Positions 62,573 to 64,000 of a stretch of DNA of 64,000 bases are shown here, one piece after another. Origin of the DNA: Candidatus Limnocylindria bacterium (GTDB taxonomy: Bacteria > Chloroflexota > Limnocylindria > QHBO01). Made by a program: the position numbers and the translations under genes. Position 1 is the first letter of the stretch, and each line of letters begins with the position of its first letter. The notes beneath the pieces were generated by a model. That model made no database searches and had not been told where the DNA came from. It was given only the letters and a program-made list of their open reading frames with translations. The stretch spans positions 4,584 through 68,583 of the forward strand of contig JBKJYH010000143.1 of NCBI GenBank assembly GCA_046715765.1, given 5' to 3'.

Positions 62573-62950
62573 ATGGTGCCCGACGACCGGCGTTACTCCC
62601 GCGAGCACGAATGGGTGCAGGTCGGAGACGGGAGCGCCACGATCGGCATCACCAGCTTCGCCGCCGCTGAGCTGGGGGACATCGTCTACCTGGAGCTCCC
62701 CGCGGTAGGCAGGCGCCTGGCCCAGTTCGCCAGCTTCGGCGTGGTCGAGAGCGTGAAGGCGGTGAGTGACCTGTTCGCGCCCGTGTCCGGGGAGGTGGTC
62801 GAGACCAACCAGCGCCTGCGCACCGAACCCGAGCTGCTCAACTCCGACCCATTCGGCGAAGGGTGGATCGCGCGCCTGACCCTGGCCGATGAAGCCGAGC
62901 TCGAGAAACTGCTCGATGCGGCTGCCTACCAGGAGTTGACCGCCGGCTGA
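62573..62950 (+). CDS. gcvH: glycine cleavage system H protein
   Basis: 125 aa. Lipoyl-lysine motif ESVKAVSD. Confidence 0.9.
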   Translation: MVPDDRRYSREHEWVQVGDGSATIGITSFAAAELGDIVYLELPAVGRRLAQFASFGVVESVKAVSDLFAPVSGEVVETNQRLRTEPELLNSDPFGEGWIARLTLADEAELEKLLDAAAYQELTAG

Positions 62951-64000
62951 TGGCCTACCTGTCCCACACCGAGGACGATCGCCGCCGCATGCTTGCGGCG
63001 ATCGGGGTCAGCAGCGTTGACGACCTGTTCGCCGATATCCCCGCTGCCGCGCGGGCCACGCGCTTCGACCTTCCGTCGCCGCTCTCCGAGCAGGAGGTTC
63101 GGGCCGAGTTGGCCCGCCTCGCCGGGCGGAACCGCATCCCATCGGCAAGCTTCCTGGGGGCCGGGGCATACCGCCACCACATCCCTGCGGTGGTAGGCGA
63201 GGTGATCGGACGGGCCGAGTTCGCGACCGCTTACACCCCGTACCAGCCCGAGGTGAGCCAGGGCACGCTCCAGAGCATCTACGAGTTCCAGTCGCTCATC
63301 TGCGAGCTCACCGCGATGGAGGTCGCCAGCGCCAGCCACTACGACGGCGCCACCGCGACCGCGGAGGGAGCGCTGATGGCCTGCCGGCTGACTGGCCGAC
63401 ACCGGGTTGCAATCTCCGCGGCCGTCCATCCCCACGTCCGCGAGGTACTGGCCACGTATTGCTCCGGACCGGGGGTCGAGATCGTTGAGATCGGGGCCAA
63501 CCTGGAGCCCGGGCAGGACGGGCTGACCTCGATGGAGGCCCTGGCAGCGGCGCTCGATGGATCGGTCGCGTGCCTGGTGGTCAGCCAGCCCAACGTGTTC
63601 GGCGGACTCGAGCCGCTGCGCGAGTTGGGTGCCCTGGCGCACGCGGTGGGTGCCCAATTCGTGACCCTGGTCGAGCCGACCTCGCTGGCGTTGCTCGAGC
63701 CGCCCGGGCGGCTGGGAGCCGACATCGTCACCGCCGAGGGCCAGCCCCTCGGCATTCCGGTTTCGTTCGGTGGTCCCTACCTGGGCCTGATGGCGGCGCG
63801 GATGGAATCGGTCCGCCAGATGCCCGGCCGGCTGGTGGGTGGCACGCGCGACGCGGAGGGCCGTCGCGGCTACGTCCTCACCCTCCAGGCCCGCGAGCAG
63901 CACATCCGCCGCGAGAAGGCGGCCAGCAATATCTGCACCAACCAGGCGCTGTGCGCGCTGGCCGCGACGGCTTACCTGAGCGCGGTCGGGCCAACCGGCT
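62950..64000 (+). CDS. gcvPA: glycine dehydrogenase (decarboxylating) subunit 1, 3' partial
   Basis: ATG at 62950 overlaps the gcvH stop (TGATG). MAYLSHTEDDRRRMLAAIGV, typical of split P-protein subunit 1. The frame is open to the window end. Confidence 0.85.
   Translation, partial: MAYLSHTEDDRRRMLAAIGVSSVDDLFADIPAAARATRFDLPSPLSEQEVRAELARLAGRNRIPSASFLGAGAYRHHIPAVVGEVIGRAEFATAYTPYQPEVSQGTLQSIYEFQSLICELTAMEVASASHYDGATATAEGALMACRLTGRHRVAISAAVHPHVREVLATYCSGPGVEIVEIGANLEPGQDGLTSMEALAAALDGSVACLVVSQPNVFGGLEPLRELGALAHAVGAQFVTLVEPTSLALLEPPGRLGADIVTAEGQPLGIPVSFGGPYLGLMAARMESVRQMPGRLVGGTRDAEGRRGYVLTLQAREQHIRREKAASNICTNQALCALAATAYLSAVGPTG

Overview
This 64 kb window is a high-GC (about 70% by eye) bacterial chromosomal segment, densely packed with housekeeping operons mostly on the + strand. 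The gene content suggests a monoderm-type bacterium (many lipoboxes, a ZAS-type anti-sigma factor, the small basic protein sbp inside the dcw cluster).

In order along the window:
- t6A biosynthesis and neighbours: tsaB (5' partial), rimI, tsaD, rsmA/ksgA, ispE, a RidA-family protein, glmU.
- A CNNM/CorC transporter, a polyprenyl synthase (-), recO, glycyl-tRNA synthetase, a TPR protein, pyruvate phosphate dikinase.
- A convergent ZAS/FN3 anti-sigma factor and ECF sigma factor pair, then dnaG and rpoD.
- A compositionally atypical 560-aa lipoprotein gene, followed by a 410-bp structured spacer, a YggT-like protein, a GlsB/YeaQ/YmgE protein and tRNA-Asn.
- A short block of unknown genes, then parB-parA (-) and tRNA-Met(CAT).
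- A methylmalonyl-pathway cluster: pccB, a stand-alone biotin carboxylase, a stand-alone BCCP, a methylmalonyl-CoA mutase catalytic subunit with no B12-binding domain, and methylmalonyl-CoA epimerase.
- sucDC (-), an NAD-type isocitrate dehydrogenase, sdhCDAB, rnhA (overlapping the sdhB end), and RNase P RNA (rnpB) immediately downstream.
- A small block of unknowns: a CxxC mini-protein, a membrane protein with a Pro/Thr linker, and an M15 D-Ala-D-Ala-carboxypeptidase-like gene broken by an in-frame TAG.
- A complete dcw cluster: mraZ, rsmH, ftsL-like, ftsI, murF, mraY, murD, ftsW, murG, murB, ddl, ftsQ, sbp, ftsA, ftsZ, then ylmE/yggS and yggT.
- tRNA-Val, an MFS transporter, a GT4 glycosyltransferase, a NUDIX hydrolase, and gcvT-gcvH-gcvPA (3' partial).

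I saw no CRISPR array, no rRNA gene, and no transposase or integrase. Most long ORFs antisense to these genes are high-GC artefacts.

The most notable signals are:
- A perfect Pmra promoter followed by MraZ-type direct repeats.
- Two perfect DnaA boxes in the ftsA-ftsZ spacer.
- The amber-interrupted peptidase gene.
- The lower-GC lipoprotein island next to rpoD.
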